Source: a virus
Taxonomy: Duplodnaviria > Caudoviricetes
Strand: one strand, 5' to 3'
IMG/VR virus record: IMGVR_UViG_3300007516_004456
Span: 1 to 60,976 of that record
Length of the DNA stretch: 60,976 bases
Each line of letters opens with the position of its first letter. Position 1 is the stretch's first letter. Below the pieces are notes generated by a model, which saw only the letters and a program-made list of their open reading frames with translations, was not told the DNA's origin and ran no database searches. Positions 20,201-29,416 of this stretch are shown here, piece after piece. A program made the translations under genes and the position numbers.

Positions 20201-22983
20201 TTCACGAAATGAAGGTTATTGATGGAGATTTATACACCTTAGTTACAGGTAGTGACAATGAGGTTAAAATCATTGATCCTTATATTGATTTGCCGCATCA
20301 AGAAGTCATTATGGATACGACTCCCCCACAGGGACAAATGTTGGCAACGATATTAGGTGGCACTCTAGTTAATGTTTCAATCTCTGAGATTGATGAATAT
20401 ACTCCACTTGATAATCTCTCTGGTGTTAACCAGATGATACTGTCTAATTTTTCGAATTTTACAAGTGATGGATATACGACTCTTTCTGCAATTGATTTTT
20501 CGATAAACATAACACATGATCTTGGTATTACATCTGGAACTCAAAGCACACTTTGGACTCCAGATGGCAGCAGAAACCTTGATCGACTTCGGCTCATTAA
20601 AGATACATCTTTGGTTAATAAATTATGGCTTGGATCGTCTGGACCTGCTGAAGTGTATCAGTCTGATGTCAATATTTCATCTTTTACTTTTGTGCAACAG
20701 TTAGAATCTTCTATAACTTCGTATGTCGATTTTGTAATAGATTTGAATGGTTTAGTCGTTGTTGGTGTTGGTTTTGATTCTAGTAATGCTAAGGTTTATG
20801 TTTCGAATTCCGCACAAACATCTTTTGTTGCGGCTGGTACCGTAAATGGGTATAGAATTCAAGGCGTAACTAAACTAGATGGAAAACTTTATATTGGAAC
20901 TGGTAAAGCTACAGATGGTAAGGGTCGCATTTATTCATTTGATGGGAGTTCTCTTACGGTTTTATTGGAAGACGTAGGAGATACTGTATATTCGCTTTGT
21001 AATGACGGAATTGCTCTTTATGCCGCAACAGGTGATAATGGTAGATTATATCATATTGATTTAGCGAATTTAACGGCATTGATTATTCATACCGATGCTG
21101 ATACGGCATTATTGTCTACTGAAGTTGTATCTCTAGATGGAAATAGGTTTCTTTTCGCCGGAAACAGCGATAGTGGCAATATAGTTCGCACTCCAGTTGA
21201 AGGTTTTACGATTTCAACATCATTTAATACTACAGATGCACAAGTAACAGTGCTTAGAGTATTTAATGGTGATCTTTATGCAGTAGTAGGAGCTGTGGTT
21301 TATAAACTAGAAAGCGGGGCATGGGTGTGGCAGTTTACTCATTCTGTAAACATTAACGATATAGCTGTTACTTCCGATGACACTTTGTACGTTGCGTCGG
21401 ATAGTAGTTTGTCTGTAAAAATTGCGGAATCGCTTAATCGTCGTATTTATTTGAAGCTTATCGATAGAGCAGGAAATGAGTCTGATACTATATTTTATGA
21501 TGTTTCTATTTCTGATTTGCAGGATTTAGTAAATGAAAATCAACTTATTGAGATAGATTCTACAGGAACTACAGTATTCAATATATCAGGTGAGAGTGAT
21601 TTTTATTCTGGTATCAGGGTAGACGAAGAAAGAGGTGAGTATATTAGTGAGATTTTCAATGGAACTAATGAGATTATTAAATGGGATACATTGACATATC
21701 AAGCAACAATTCCAACTAATACTGCTATTAAGTTTTACGCTAGATCGTCTGTATCTAGAACAGATATATTAACGCAAAATTGGCAATCTATTACATTCGA
21801 ATCGTCAAATTCAACAGATATTTCTCATTTTAGTGGGCAGTTTTTCCAGTTTAGAGTAGATATGACAAGCGAGCAGCGAGATATTAGTCCGTCTTTGAGT
21901 CAGGTTGTAGTTCGATCTGTAACTGGCGAATCTGTTCATTTCTTCTCTTCTAATTTTACTTTGGGAAGCAAAATAAGGAAGGGAATATTGACAAGCGAAG
22001 AATTAGTACCAATTGCAGCGGATATTGTTTTTGGCATTAACACTACAGACTCAGTTGATTTTTCTGATTATCAAATTATTGATACAAATAGAGTGTTTGA
22101 TTCTATTGGAGTTGGAGAGAATATGAGAGTTGGTATTAAGCTTCTTACTCCAACGAGAGGGTTGTTGTCTGAAAGTGATATTAGCGAATACGGACCTTAT
22201 TCTACAGATGTTTTTGAAAACACTGTTGATTTTGATTATACGAATAGTGGGGCGACAGCTATATTTGATTTTAGGGTAACTCTATATGAGGATGTTGATT
22301 TATCTAGAGAGGTAGCAACATTATTTACTTCAGAAGATTCTGATGGGTTTAGTATAGATGGAGCTGCGTTTCCATCCGGAGGAAAAAAAATAGCGTCCGG
22401 TAGTAGTATAAGCGTTTTGTTTACCGTACCATTTACAGCTAATATACTTTGTAATACTTTTTACTTTATTAAAATAGAATCATATAATAGTATTTCGTTT
22501 GAGACGATATCTGACAGTAAAACTTTTATTTACGCTTGCAATCCATCTTTCGTGGATAATCTTGATTTTGATTTTACGAATATTACTGGCAGTGCAAAGA
22601 CATATAATTTTCGAGTAAGAACATATAGTGATCCTGAACGAACAACTCTAGTTCAGACATATTATAGCGGAAATAACACAACAGGATGGTTTGTTGATAG
22701 TGTGCAGTTAGCTGAAGGAGGAATTATAGTATCTTCAGGTGAAACTGTAGCTGTAAACTTCACTCCAGACACTAGCGATCTTGAAGCTAATAGACTTTAC
22801 TTCTTTATAATTGATGTATTTGATGGTAGCCAGTTTGTTCTTGCTTCGAATTCCTATACTTTCCAATTCCTCGATATTAGTAGTGAAATATATTGCGGAC
22901 CATACAGTGATGTTCCTGTAGTTAAAAATTTTGGCGTGATGTTCGAGCTTGAAAATAGCGAACATCTAACATTAAACCAGTAA
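17212..22983 (+). CDS. Giant multidomain putative virion protein (1923 aa): lectin-like domain, WEDxR propeller, regulator-type (Reg_prop-like) propeller, further propeller, jelly-roll and tandem shared Ig-like domains
   Basis: Blades IHAVWQND, LYLVYESRR, VHIVWEDDR, IFVVWQDD. GDAWLATTKGL and IWIGTKNGL..FTTNQGLQSNYI. DTTPPQG..DNLSGV..DRAGNES. GEYIS..W..PTNTAIKFYAR..FQFRVDM..SPSL. GAGGT SD-like sequence upstream. Confidence 0.75.
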   Translation: MTDIIDDRLEPTCEDPSQDSTEYCYFGDLSVDQYSSIHGGKWYYAHDKPGTPWHDRVDNTKGWTFDFTLRVIAVENSEGLTETVKPDGLGVYVNDGTAMEVLYFFTQEIVFENADVKILYDTTALTDYRLLGKGNGLQLFAKSNTEVQYKLIADVPFKETASVEDNSSKAAQVVDTNGDIHAVWQNDGGGLSKIYYAKYTNSTWSDPELLLSDEFNSLNPDLTVDSRGFLYLVYESRRGEQSTVGFMYKNLIGWSSPEFLGGAADWAVNPSIAVDSNDNVHIVWEDDRLLHPEIFYARRLRQTGTWDSVYADPYTGGFGEHEAVHRATQTDLGAFRPSITTYHQRVYISYTEKLSDDTSTISLMEYSQTTESWSGPVDVINGEYAARRADHSDILSHVSGNIFVVWQDDTTGVEEIYSATLYSSMLFMNAAIQLTDAGTIAYRHPKLSMHSTNGNLYVVWYGESLTAEIGAVINDDTLLSSGNSAIYLASYDYLNNDWRSSNQGEYDTIFTTVKDRRAMSPAVPNSFTGSLHILYDAIESESGGDGYLPQTEFYSEIYDGIYDLSEVETFAFVDEEYVERDIQISGQGLRKEIRFGDFSNVLSCNFIFENINYYLGDAVNPLEVLAISPKQFGFDEMRVFDSVVNNYGDAWLATTKGLIFFYNSDNTIYRPSNLTSEIIRGVAFSSDNVIFCVALGRKIYYSTDHATFVELTGHALTDNDDGEITSIAFDDQNRMILGMEKGIRIFNIIVTNEFDNVLSITGSKETISEVEGEYVTCVESDVNNVIWIGTKNGLVRLFKSNTLRFTTNQGLQSNYINGIALRSPSIRYIATRSGIARMVGSSIDSMDSSNVDILSNNVKAVSWTDPDILWASTLSYVNQIKVDDFDGNHTVVRYGPSDYSLESDAFDDQRTFFINVEGSAFENVSIPENAVVEIYLNGNKIDFGYELSRSQKVLRFLMDLQSSDIIDVVIRNDVKIYTSLSQNRAAVASQGAKTIEVHEMKVIDGDLYTLVTGSDNEVKIIDPYIDLPHQEVIMDTTPPQGQMLATILGGTLVNVSISEIDEYTPLDNLSGVNQMILSNFSNFTSDGYTTLSAIDFSINITHDLGITSGTQSTLWTPDGSRNLDRLRLIKDTSLVNKLWLGSSGPAEVYQSDVNISSFTFVQQLESSITSYVDFVIDLNGLVVVGVGFDSSNAKVYVSNSAQTSFVAAGTVNGYRIQGVTKLDGKLYIGTGKATDGKGRIYSFDGSSLTVLLEDVGDTVYSLCNDGIALYAATGDNGRLYHIDLANLTALIIHTDADTALLSTEVVSLDGNRFLFAGNSDSGNIVRTPVEGFTISTSFNTTDAQVTVLRVFNGDLYAVVGAVVYKLESGAWVWQFTHSVNINDIAVTSDDTLYVASDSSLSVKIAESLNRRIYLKLIDRAGNESDTIFYDVSISDLQDLVNENQLIEIDSTGTTVFNISGESDFYSGIRVDEERGEYISEIFNGTNEIIKWDTLTYQATIPTNTAIKFYARSSVSRTDILTQNWQSITFESSNSTDISHFSGQFFQFRVDMTSEQRDISPSLSQVVVRSVTGESVHFFSSNFTLGSKIRKGILTSEELVPIAADIVFGINTTDSVDFSDYQIIDTNRVFDSIGVGENMRVGIKLLTPTRGLLSESDISEYGPYSTDVFENTVDFDYTNSGATAIFDFRVTLYEDVDLSREVATLFTSEDSDGFSIDGAAFPSGGKKIASGSSISVLFTVPFTANILCNTFYFIKIESYNSISFETISDSKTFIYACNPSFVDNLDFDFTNITGSAKTYNFRVRTYSDPERTTLVQTYYSGNNTTGWFVDSVQLAEGGIIVSSGETVAVNFTPDTSDLEANRLYFFIIDVFDGSQFVLASNSYTFQFLDISSEIYCGPYSDVPVVKNFGVMFELENSEHLTLNQ

Positions 22984-22984
22984 G

Positions 22985-25900
22985 ATGCCTCTTTTTTCTC
23001 CAACATATCAGTTAGCCATGTTTTTGCCGGGCGAAGGTTTTTCGGTTAGCGCTGATCGTGCGCGAATGGAGATTATTGACAACCAGCTTGGATTTTTGCA
23101 CGATATAGTAGGAGACGGTCGTATTACAGGCTGGGCTGTTACTGACACTTCTTCTGGCGGTATTCCGTCTATCAATATTAGTGCAGGGATGGGTATAATT
23201 GATCGGTTTGTTGTTCGATCTTTTGGTAGTTTTGATATTACTTTGCTTGATAATAGAGAACTATATCTTTATATGAGGCGTAAGCAAAATATCATTGGTG
23301 GATTTAGTGGTTTTTCGGATATGGCAAATTATGTTCATGTCGATTCTGCTGACGTTGATCCTTATACTGGATTGAGTGATCCAGCTCCACCTATAGGATT
23401 TAGTGTAACATCTAGTTCTCGTAATAGTATTTCGCTAACATGGGATGCTAATTCGGAACCAGATTTTAATCGTTATATTGTGCAGCGAAGTCCTGATGGA
23501 CTGACCTATACTAAGATAAAGCAAACGACGTTAACAAGCTATGTCGATATTAATTTAACTCAAGATACGACTTATTATTATAGATTAATTGCTGTAGATT
23601 TGAGTGATAATGAGTCTGATCCATCTCCTCTTACAACAAGTACTCAACAAGATTTAAGAACCCCGCTTAATGCTAGTTTGATTAAGGGATTTGGAGGAGA
23701 TGGGATTATACAGATTTTGTATTCCGATTCGCCGCTTGGAGAAGTAGACCATTATGAGGCTATCATTCAAGAGGTTGACGGTGAATTCCAGGTTTTAGGA
23801 TCATCATTTATAGTGACTGCATCAGTTGATGATAGCTTATTGATTATCGAAGACAATATTGACAATGGATCAGTATATAAAGTCCAGTTTTATGCCGTTA
23901 GCGTAAATGGAATAACTTCAGATCAGGCTACTTTTTTTGTTTTTCCGGCAGCTGATTTTGGACCAACAGAAGTTTCGGATATAGATGTAAGCTTTGCTGC
24001 CGGAGGTAATACTGACGGTAATATTGCGGTAACAGTTTCTTGGACACCGGGTGGTAGTGAATACGAAACTCATCCTGATGCTTATGTTTTAAAATTTTTC
24101 ACTAATGACGGTCGAGGATCAAACACCATTACAGTATCTAGTTCAACGAGTCGTACTGTAATGGTTCTTAATTTTACTTCGGCAAGTGGAACAAAATTTG
24201 AGCTTATTACTCCTAGAACTGATTATATAGTTAGGGTGCAAGCAAAAAATACTGATGGGGATATTAGTAATGGTATATTCCGTTTTTTTGAAACACCGAC
24301 ATTCAAACCACTTTCTATGCCCCGCAATCTATCAGTCACTAAAGAGACTGATTTGGTTATCATGGTATCTTGGGATAATAGTACAAGTATATTTACTCAC
24401 AACGTTTTAACTATCACGAGACAATATCTTGTCGATAGCTCTACTACGATTTTATTGAATGGATTAAATATTGGGGCGGTACGGTCTTATTCTCTTGATA
24501 GTTCAGTATTTCTGGAAAACTCCATATATACTTTTCAGCTTGTTGCTTTGGATGAATTCGGTAATGTTAGTCCAACGGCTACTGGGTCTTATACTACGAC
24601 AGCAACAAACCTTACAGATCGCCCTCCCGTTCCTGATAATCAATTTGTGGTGTATGGAGATAAATTAGCTAGTTTAACATGGAAGGAGCCGGATACAGAA
24701 GATTTTGAAGTAGCTTATTATCGTATTTGGCGGGCAAGTACAATTGTTCCTGTCTTGGCTAGTCAATTTAGTCTTATTGAGACCGTTCCCGCAGATCAAT
24801 TGCAATATGTTGATTATACGGTTGAGAACGGAACAGGATATTCATATTTTGTAACAACTGTTGATGTTTTGGGTAGAGAGTCAGAAAATCCTATTAATGA
24901 TGGATATTTTCGATATCCTTTGTTGACTGCTCATCCAACAGCGAATGCTCAATTTTCAAATACGGAGAATGTAATCGTTTCTCAGCAAAGTCAGACACCA
25001 GGAGATCCTGGTTTTTATAATGCTATTATTGCATGGGATTTGTCTACTGGTATTTTTGACGGTTATGAGATTTGGCGATCTGATAATAATACTTATGAGT
25101 TCATTGTGGTAGGACATGCCTCTCCTTCAGATACATCGTATGTAGATGAAGAAGCTTTATTAATTGATGGATATACTTATTACTATCTTGTTCGTAAATT
25201 TAGGAATGAAGTCGATCCTATAATATTGGAATCAGCAACATCCCCACAAGGTTCTATACTTATATCTAAAATTATTACATCAAGTGGATTGTCAACGATT
25301 GATGAGACGGTTGCAACCGAGCTAGAAAATATGGAAGACCCGATTCGTGCTGCTACTCAAATACAAATAAAATCTCATAAGCACAACTATCCAGAAAATG
25401 GAACGGATAAAAGAGTTAGCTTTAACGACAATTTTATTTTAGATGAGTGGACAACGACTGATTATCAAACATACACTACCGAGCAATCTGTTAGTGGATC
25501 AACTACATATATAGTTAAAGTAAATGGCAAAATTACAGATTTGCTTTATAGTTTTAATCTATCAACTGGCGTGCTTTCTTTTGAACGGAAGTTTTATTCT
25601 ACATTTAGTTTTGTTTCTGGTGAATTTGATTCAGCTCCAACTATTACTGTAGAATTGCAGGGAGCTTCTGAGACACAAGGAGAACTGCCGAATTTTAGAG
25701 TCGGTTCCTTAAGTTCGTCTCAATTCTCTAGCGGTCGTTTAAGGGTTGCGCAAATTCCAACGTATGACCATGAAGGTCGTTTGAATGAAAAACTTATTCC
25801 TACACAGGAAAATACTGAAACTTCTGATTATACAATATATTCGTTAGCGGATGTTTCTGAAACCCTTGGGGACGGAACGACTTTCTATGACCTTATTGGT

Positions 25901-28552
25901 GTTGTAGGAGAATCTGATGGATTATTGGCTGCTACCAGTAGAGGGGTATTAAAGAGTGACGATTTTGGTACTAGTTGGAATGCTGTATTTGAACCTAATT
26001 ATCCTACTACTAAGTTATTTTACTCTGCAACTGCTGGCAAATATTTTGTCTTAACTCCGGGGGGAGTATTTGCTAGTGACGGAGATTTATCTGATTGGGC
26101 AAGAACTAATGGACTAAACAATGATAAAATTATTCGGGATATTATTGAAGATAATAGCGGTAATATTTATGTGTCTACTGATCTTGGAGTTTCAACGATT
26201 GCCGCTGATACGATTGCAACTTCTTTAATATGGGAACAGTCTGCACTGTTTAGCGCTAGCAGTACAGAAGCATATGCATTGCTTTATGACGGCACAAGAG
26301 ATAGAGTTATTGCCAGTAATGAGTTAGGAGTTTTATCTTCAACGAATCAAGGAGCAAGCTGGGTATTTACTGGCGAATTTGATGAATTTATTAAGTTCTA
26401 CTCTTTGATTGAATCTGGCGGATATATTTTTGGGATTGCGAATAAATCTGTTTGGAGGAGAGGTCCGTCTGATTCTGTTTTTGAAAGAATAGCTGAAATT
26501 CCATCCGAAAAAAGTCGTCGAGCAGTTATTTATGAAGAACGATTATTAATTTCTACTGAAGATGGGTTGATTAGTTCTTCTGCTGGTGTTGATATTTTTA
26601 CAGCAACAGACATTGAGCTTGATCTTAATTTCCCGCAAATATCCCGTAATGGAAGAGCATTACCAGTAACGGCTATTGCTGTTGTTGATGGCTTGTTGAT
26701 GATTGGGACGGATAAGAATTTGTTCATTTCTGACAAAAATTATCGTCCATGGACACAATATAGTGAAACATGGTCGCAATATAACGAAACGGCTACCGTA
26801 GTTCCTACGATATATGTAAATAGTTCGGTTGTTATTGTTGGTGTTTATTGTGCGTCTGCTGGTGATTTGCAGTCAATAGTTTTTGATGAAAGAAATAAAC
26901 CTAATAGTATCGTTACTGTTGCTAATCAATATGCGATATTTACCGTAGAGAAAGGAGGCTGGTCTAATCTTCTATATGACGCTCCCGTAGATTTACGAGT
27001 AAATGCAACTACCATACAAAGTAATATTCAAGGATCAATTGAACGATCTACGATCTCTGCTATAAGTCTTCCGTCTGTTGCTGAAAGAACTTCTAATTTC
27101 GCTATAGCTAAAAATAAAAGAGCATCTCTCGTAGAGTCTATTTCAGCAATAGGTAGTAGTGAATCAGAAGACAGTATTACGGCTGCTGAATTAAGGAATT
27201 TGTTTTCGGATATCGAGGGATTTTTGTCGGAACTAATTCCTTCTGCGAGAGTTGTTATTATCGTTGATGAGAATGGAATAGAGACTTTTGCTTCTTTCGT
27301 ATTCCCAAATGTTAGTGCTAATTTTACTGGTGGAGCAATAGACGTAACAGAAGGAATTGTTACTTTTGCTTCAGCGTACGATAAATATGATGATTTGAGA
27401 ATAGATATTCATAAGTGTTTGGTTGATAATATCGGGGAGAACACTCATCAACAAATTGATGATGCTTTTGAAAATGTAAATTCAGGATTACCAGGCGGTT
27501 TGTCTGTTGTTCAGCAGGCAAATATTTTGAAGTTTGATATTTTTAATCAACGACAATGGCCGTTGGAGAGAATGACTATTAGTCCGCTGTATCAAGCATC
27601 GACTATTATTCCTGGAACGAGATCGTGGTACGACCGATTAAATTCTACTATTGATTATACAGAACAAATTTTAGAAGAAGATATTAATGGCAGCTTAGCA
27701 TACGCTTCAGCTGTTATTTATCTTTCTGCTTATGGTAGAGTTTTAGTTGGAGGTGATAACGGATTTTTGAGAATTAGTACTGATACGTTGAATATTGAAT
27801 ATGACCAATTCGATTCTGATGAGACAGATTTTACTAGAGCATTTGTTAATTTTAACAACAATCTTTATGCTTTAACAAATAGTCGTTTGTATAAGAGTGA
27901 AGATGGAGGAATGATTTGGGAGCCAGAAGATAGAAGTGGTTTACCTAACGATCTATTTAATATAGTAACTATTGGGGGGAATCTCATTATTAGTGGTTCT
28001 GGCGGACTTTATTTACGATCAGCTAATGATGCTAATTGGCAACAAGTACTTGAGTCAACTAACAATATTGAAGTGATTATTTCCCCGGACCTTTCATTCG
28101 CTTTCGATGGAGCGAAGGTATATTCATCGAATAGTGGTTTGGTTTGGAATGAAAAAAGCTCGTTTGTTCAGAGTTTTTCTATTCGTTCTGCTGTTAAATT
28201 CCGTTCTTTGATTTTTCTAGCGACTAGTGCTGGACTATACAAAGATGACGGTACTCTCTATAGTAGTAATGGTCGAGTCGGTCTAATCGATGTAGCTGGA
28301 GATGTTACACAATCAGCAGTACTTGGATTTAATGATGTTATTGTAAGCGACACTTCGGTTTATGCGGCATCTAGTAATGGATCGTATTACCAACTGTTGA
28401 GCAATGCTTGGACATTAAATACAGTATCCGCTTTAGATACTATTCATAAAATGTTATTAGTTGGAGACGATCTTTGGCTATTTGGGTATGATTTGCTGAA
28501 AGTTCCCGATTTAGAATTTCCGATAAAACTAACAACAGGGATTTCTGTTTAA
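22985..28552 (+). CDS. Tail-fibre-like giant protein (1855 aa): fibre-type N-terminus, ~6 FN3 domains, HxH and SGRL..QIP fibre motifs, BNR/Asp-box propellers
   Basis: N-terminus SPTYQL..MEIIDNQL..GDGRITGWAV. FN3 motifs ISLTWDANSEPDFNRYIVQRS..YYYRLIAVDLSDNES and LTWKEP..YYRIWR..YFVTTVD. SHKHN. SSSQFSSGRLRVAQIP. Asp-boxes SDDFGTSW, STNQGASW, SEDGGMIW. Confidence 0.75.
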   Translation: MPLFSPTYQLAMFLPGEGFSVSADRARMEIIDNQLGFLHDIVGDGRITGWAVTDTSSGGIPSINISAGMGIIDRFVVRSFGSFDITLLDNRELYLYMRRKQNIIGGFSGFSDMANYVHVDSADVDPYTGLSDPAPPIGFSVTSSSRNSISLTWDANSEPDFNRYIVQRSPDGLTYTKIKQTTLTSYVDINLTQDTTYYYRLIAVDLSDNESDPSPLTTSTQQDLRTPLNASLIKGFGGDGIIQILYSDSPLGEVDHYEAIIQEVDGEFQVLGSSFIVTASVDDSLLIIEDNIDNGSVYKVQFYAVSVNGITSDQATFFVFPAADFGPTEVSDIDVSFAAGGNTDGNIAVTVSWTPGGSEYETHPDAYVLKFFTNDGRGSNTITVSSSTSRTVMVLNFTSASGTKFELITPRTDYIVRVQAKNTDGDISNGIFRFFETPTFKPLSMPRNLSVTKETDLVIMVSWDNSTSIFTHNVLTITRQYLVDSSTTILLNGLNIGAVRSYSLDSSVFLENSIYTFQLVALDEFGNVSPTATGSYTTTATNLTDRPPVPDNQFVVYGDKLASLTWKEPDTEDFEVAYYRIWRASTIVPVLASQFSLIETVPADQLQYVDYTVENGTGYSYFVTTVDVLGRESENPINDGYFRYPLLTAHPTANAQFSNTENVIVSQQSQTPGDPGFYNAIIAWDLSTGIFDGYEIWRSDNNTYEFIVVGHASPSDTSYVDEEALLIDGYTYYYLVRKFRNEVDPIILESATSPQGSILISKIITSSGLSTIDETVATELENMEDPIRAATQIQIKSHKHNYPENGTDKRVSFNDNFILDEWTTTDYQTYTTEQSVSGSTTYIVKVNGKITDLLYSFNLSTGVLSFERKFYSTFSFVSGEFDSAPTITVELQGASETQGELPNFRVGSLSSSQFSSGRLRVAQIPTYDHEGRLNEKLIPTQENTETSDYTIYSLADVSETLGDGTTFYDLIGVVGESDGLLAATSRGVLKSDDFGTSWNAVFEPNYPTTKLFYSATAGKYFVLTPGGVFASDGDLSDWARTNGLNNDKIIRDIIEDNSGNIYVSTDLGVSTIAADTIATSLIWEQSALFSASSTEAYALLYDGTRDRVIASNELGVLSSTNQGASWVFTGEFDEFIKFYSLIESGGYIFGIANKSVWRRGPSDSVFERIAEIPSEKSRRAVIYEERLLISTEDGLISSSAGVDIFTATDIELDLNFPQISRNGRALPVTAIAVVDGLLMIGTDKNLFISDKNYRPWTQYSETWSQYNETATVVPTIYVNSSVVIVGVYCASAGDLQSIVFDERNKPNSIVTVANQYAIFTVEKGGWSNLLYDAPVDLRVNATTIQSNIQGSIERSTISAISLPSVAERTSNFAIAKNKRASLVESISAIGSSESEDSITAAELRNLFSDIEGFLSELIPSARVVIIVDENGIETFASFVFPNVSANFTGGAIDVTEGIVTFASAYDKYDDLRIDIHKCLVDNIGENTHQQIDDAFENVNSGLPGGLSVVQQANILKFDIFNQRQWPLERMTISPLYQASTIIPGTRSWYDRLNSTIDYTEQILEEDINGSLAYASAVIYLSAYGRVLVGGDNGFLRISTDTLNIEYDQFDSDETDFTRAFVNFNNNLYALTNSRLYKSEDGGMIWEPEDRSGLPNDLFNIVTIGGNLIISGSGGLYLRSANDANWQQVLESTNNIEVIISPDLSFAFDGAKVYSSNSGLVWNEKSSFVQSFSIRSAVKFRSLIFLATSAGLYKDDGTLYSSNGRVGLIDVAGDVTQSAVLGFNDVIVSDTSVYAASSNGSYYQLLSNAWTLNTVSALDTIHKMLLVGDDLWLFGYDLLKVPDLEFPIKLTTGISV

Positions 28553-28561
28553 GGAGTGTTG

Positions 28562-29416
28562 ATGACTCAAGTGAAACTAGCGCAGATTTTTGAAGTAGAT
28601 GGTTATTTTGAGCCTACTAAGGTATCTCTCTATCTTAAACGAGCAGGATATAATTCTGCTAGCTATTTCGATTTGTCGGATGATCCATCTATTGATTCAA
28701 CTAATTTTTCTAGCATATCACAAGGTAATGGTAGCGTTTTAATTCTTGAAGATATCTATAGTGGATGGACAGGAAACGGTTATTTGTCTTACCAGAGTAT
28801 TGCTGGGTCTGGCACAGATGCTATAGTGAGATATCCGATTAGGGCGTCGTCTGCCGGAATATACGACTTATGGTTACGGTACAGATCGTCTGCTGGATCG
28901 TTTTCTGCGGATATCTATATCGATGGAAATTTCGTTCAAACGATAACAGAGGTTCCTCCTTCTACTGATTGGGAATGGATTCAGGGAAGTTTTGTTGTAC
29001 CGGACAGTGAAACGCATACGCTTGGAATAGTTTTGAAGGAATTAAATACCTCTTTAGACAAGATATACATTGCTGCCAATTCAACCGATCCAAGTAATGA
29101 GTATGGCGGACCAGCGTTGACTGCGAGTCCATTTATAACGGCTCATCTTCAGCTATACACTTTAACGAACGAAGTTGAGCCTAACAGTCCGTTATTGATT
29201 TATGACTATTCTACAACACTTAGCGATATAGTTGCTGACGGTTGGTATAATTTTGCTCTTACTATAATAGATGGCTCCTCTTATGATTTTGACTCTTCGT
29301 ATGCAATAGTTTTTTCTACTAGCGGAGGAGGAAGTAAAAATTATTTAATTTGGGAATTAGTAGATAACGATGAATATTTTGCAACTCCTTCTGCAATAAA
29401 ATTTGAAAATGACTGA
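28562..29416 (+). CDS. Putative virion protein with an inserted carbohydrate-binding-module-like jelly roll
   Basis: AAGGAG SD at 28551-28556 favours the ATG at 28562. Host domain LAQIF..VSLYLKRAG...GWYNF..YAIVFS with inserted GWTGNGYL..YDLWLRYRS..WEW..HTLGI..LDKIYI (CBM6/35-like). Confidence 0.65.
   Translation: MTQVKLAQIFEVDGYFEPTKVSLYLKRAGYNSASYFDLSDDPSIDSTNFSSISQGNGSVLILEDIYSGWTGNGYLSYQSIAGSGTDAIVRYPIRASSAGIYDLWLRYRSSAGSFSADIYIDGNFVQTITEVPPSTDWEWIQGSFVVPDSETHTLGIVLKELNTSLDKIYIAANSTDPSNEYGGPALTASPFITAHLQLYTLTNEVEPNSPLLIYDYSTTLSDIVADGWYNFALTIIDGSSYDFDSSYAIVFSTSGGGSKNYLIWELVDNDEYFATPSAIKFEND

Noticed and set aside
29395-29416. Programmed -1 frameshift fusing the 286-aa and 2974-aa ORFs
   Set aside because: The downstream ORF is in the +1 frame, there is no XXXYYYZ heptamer with a downstream structure, and an overlapping ATG explains coupling.
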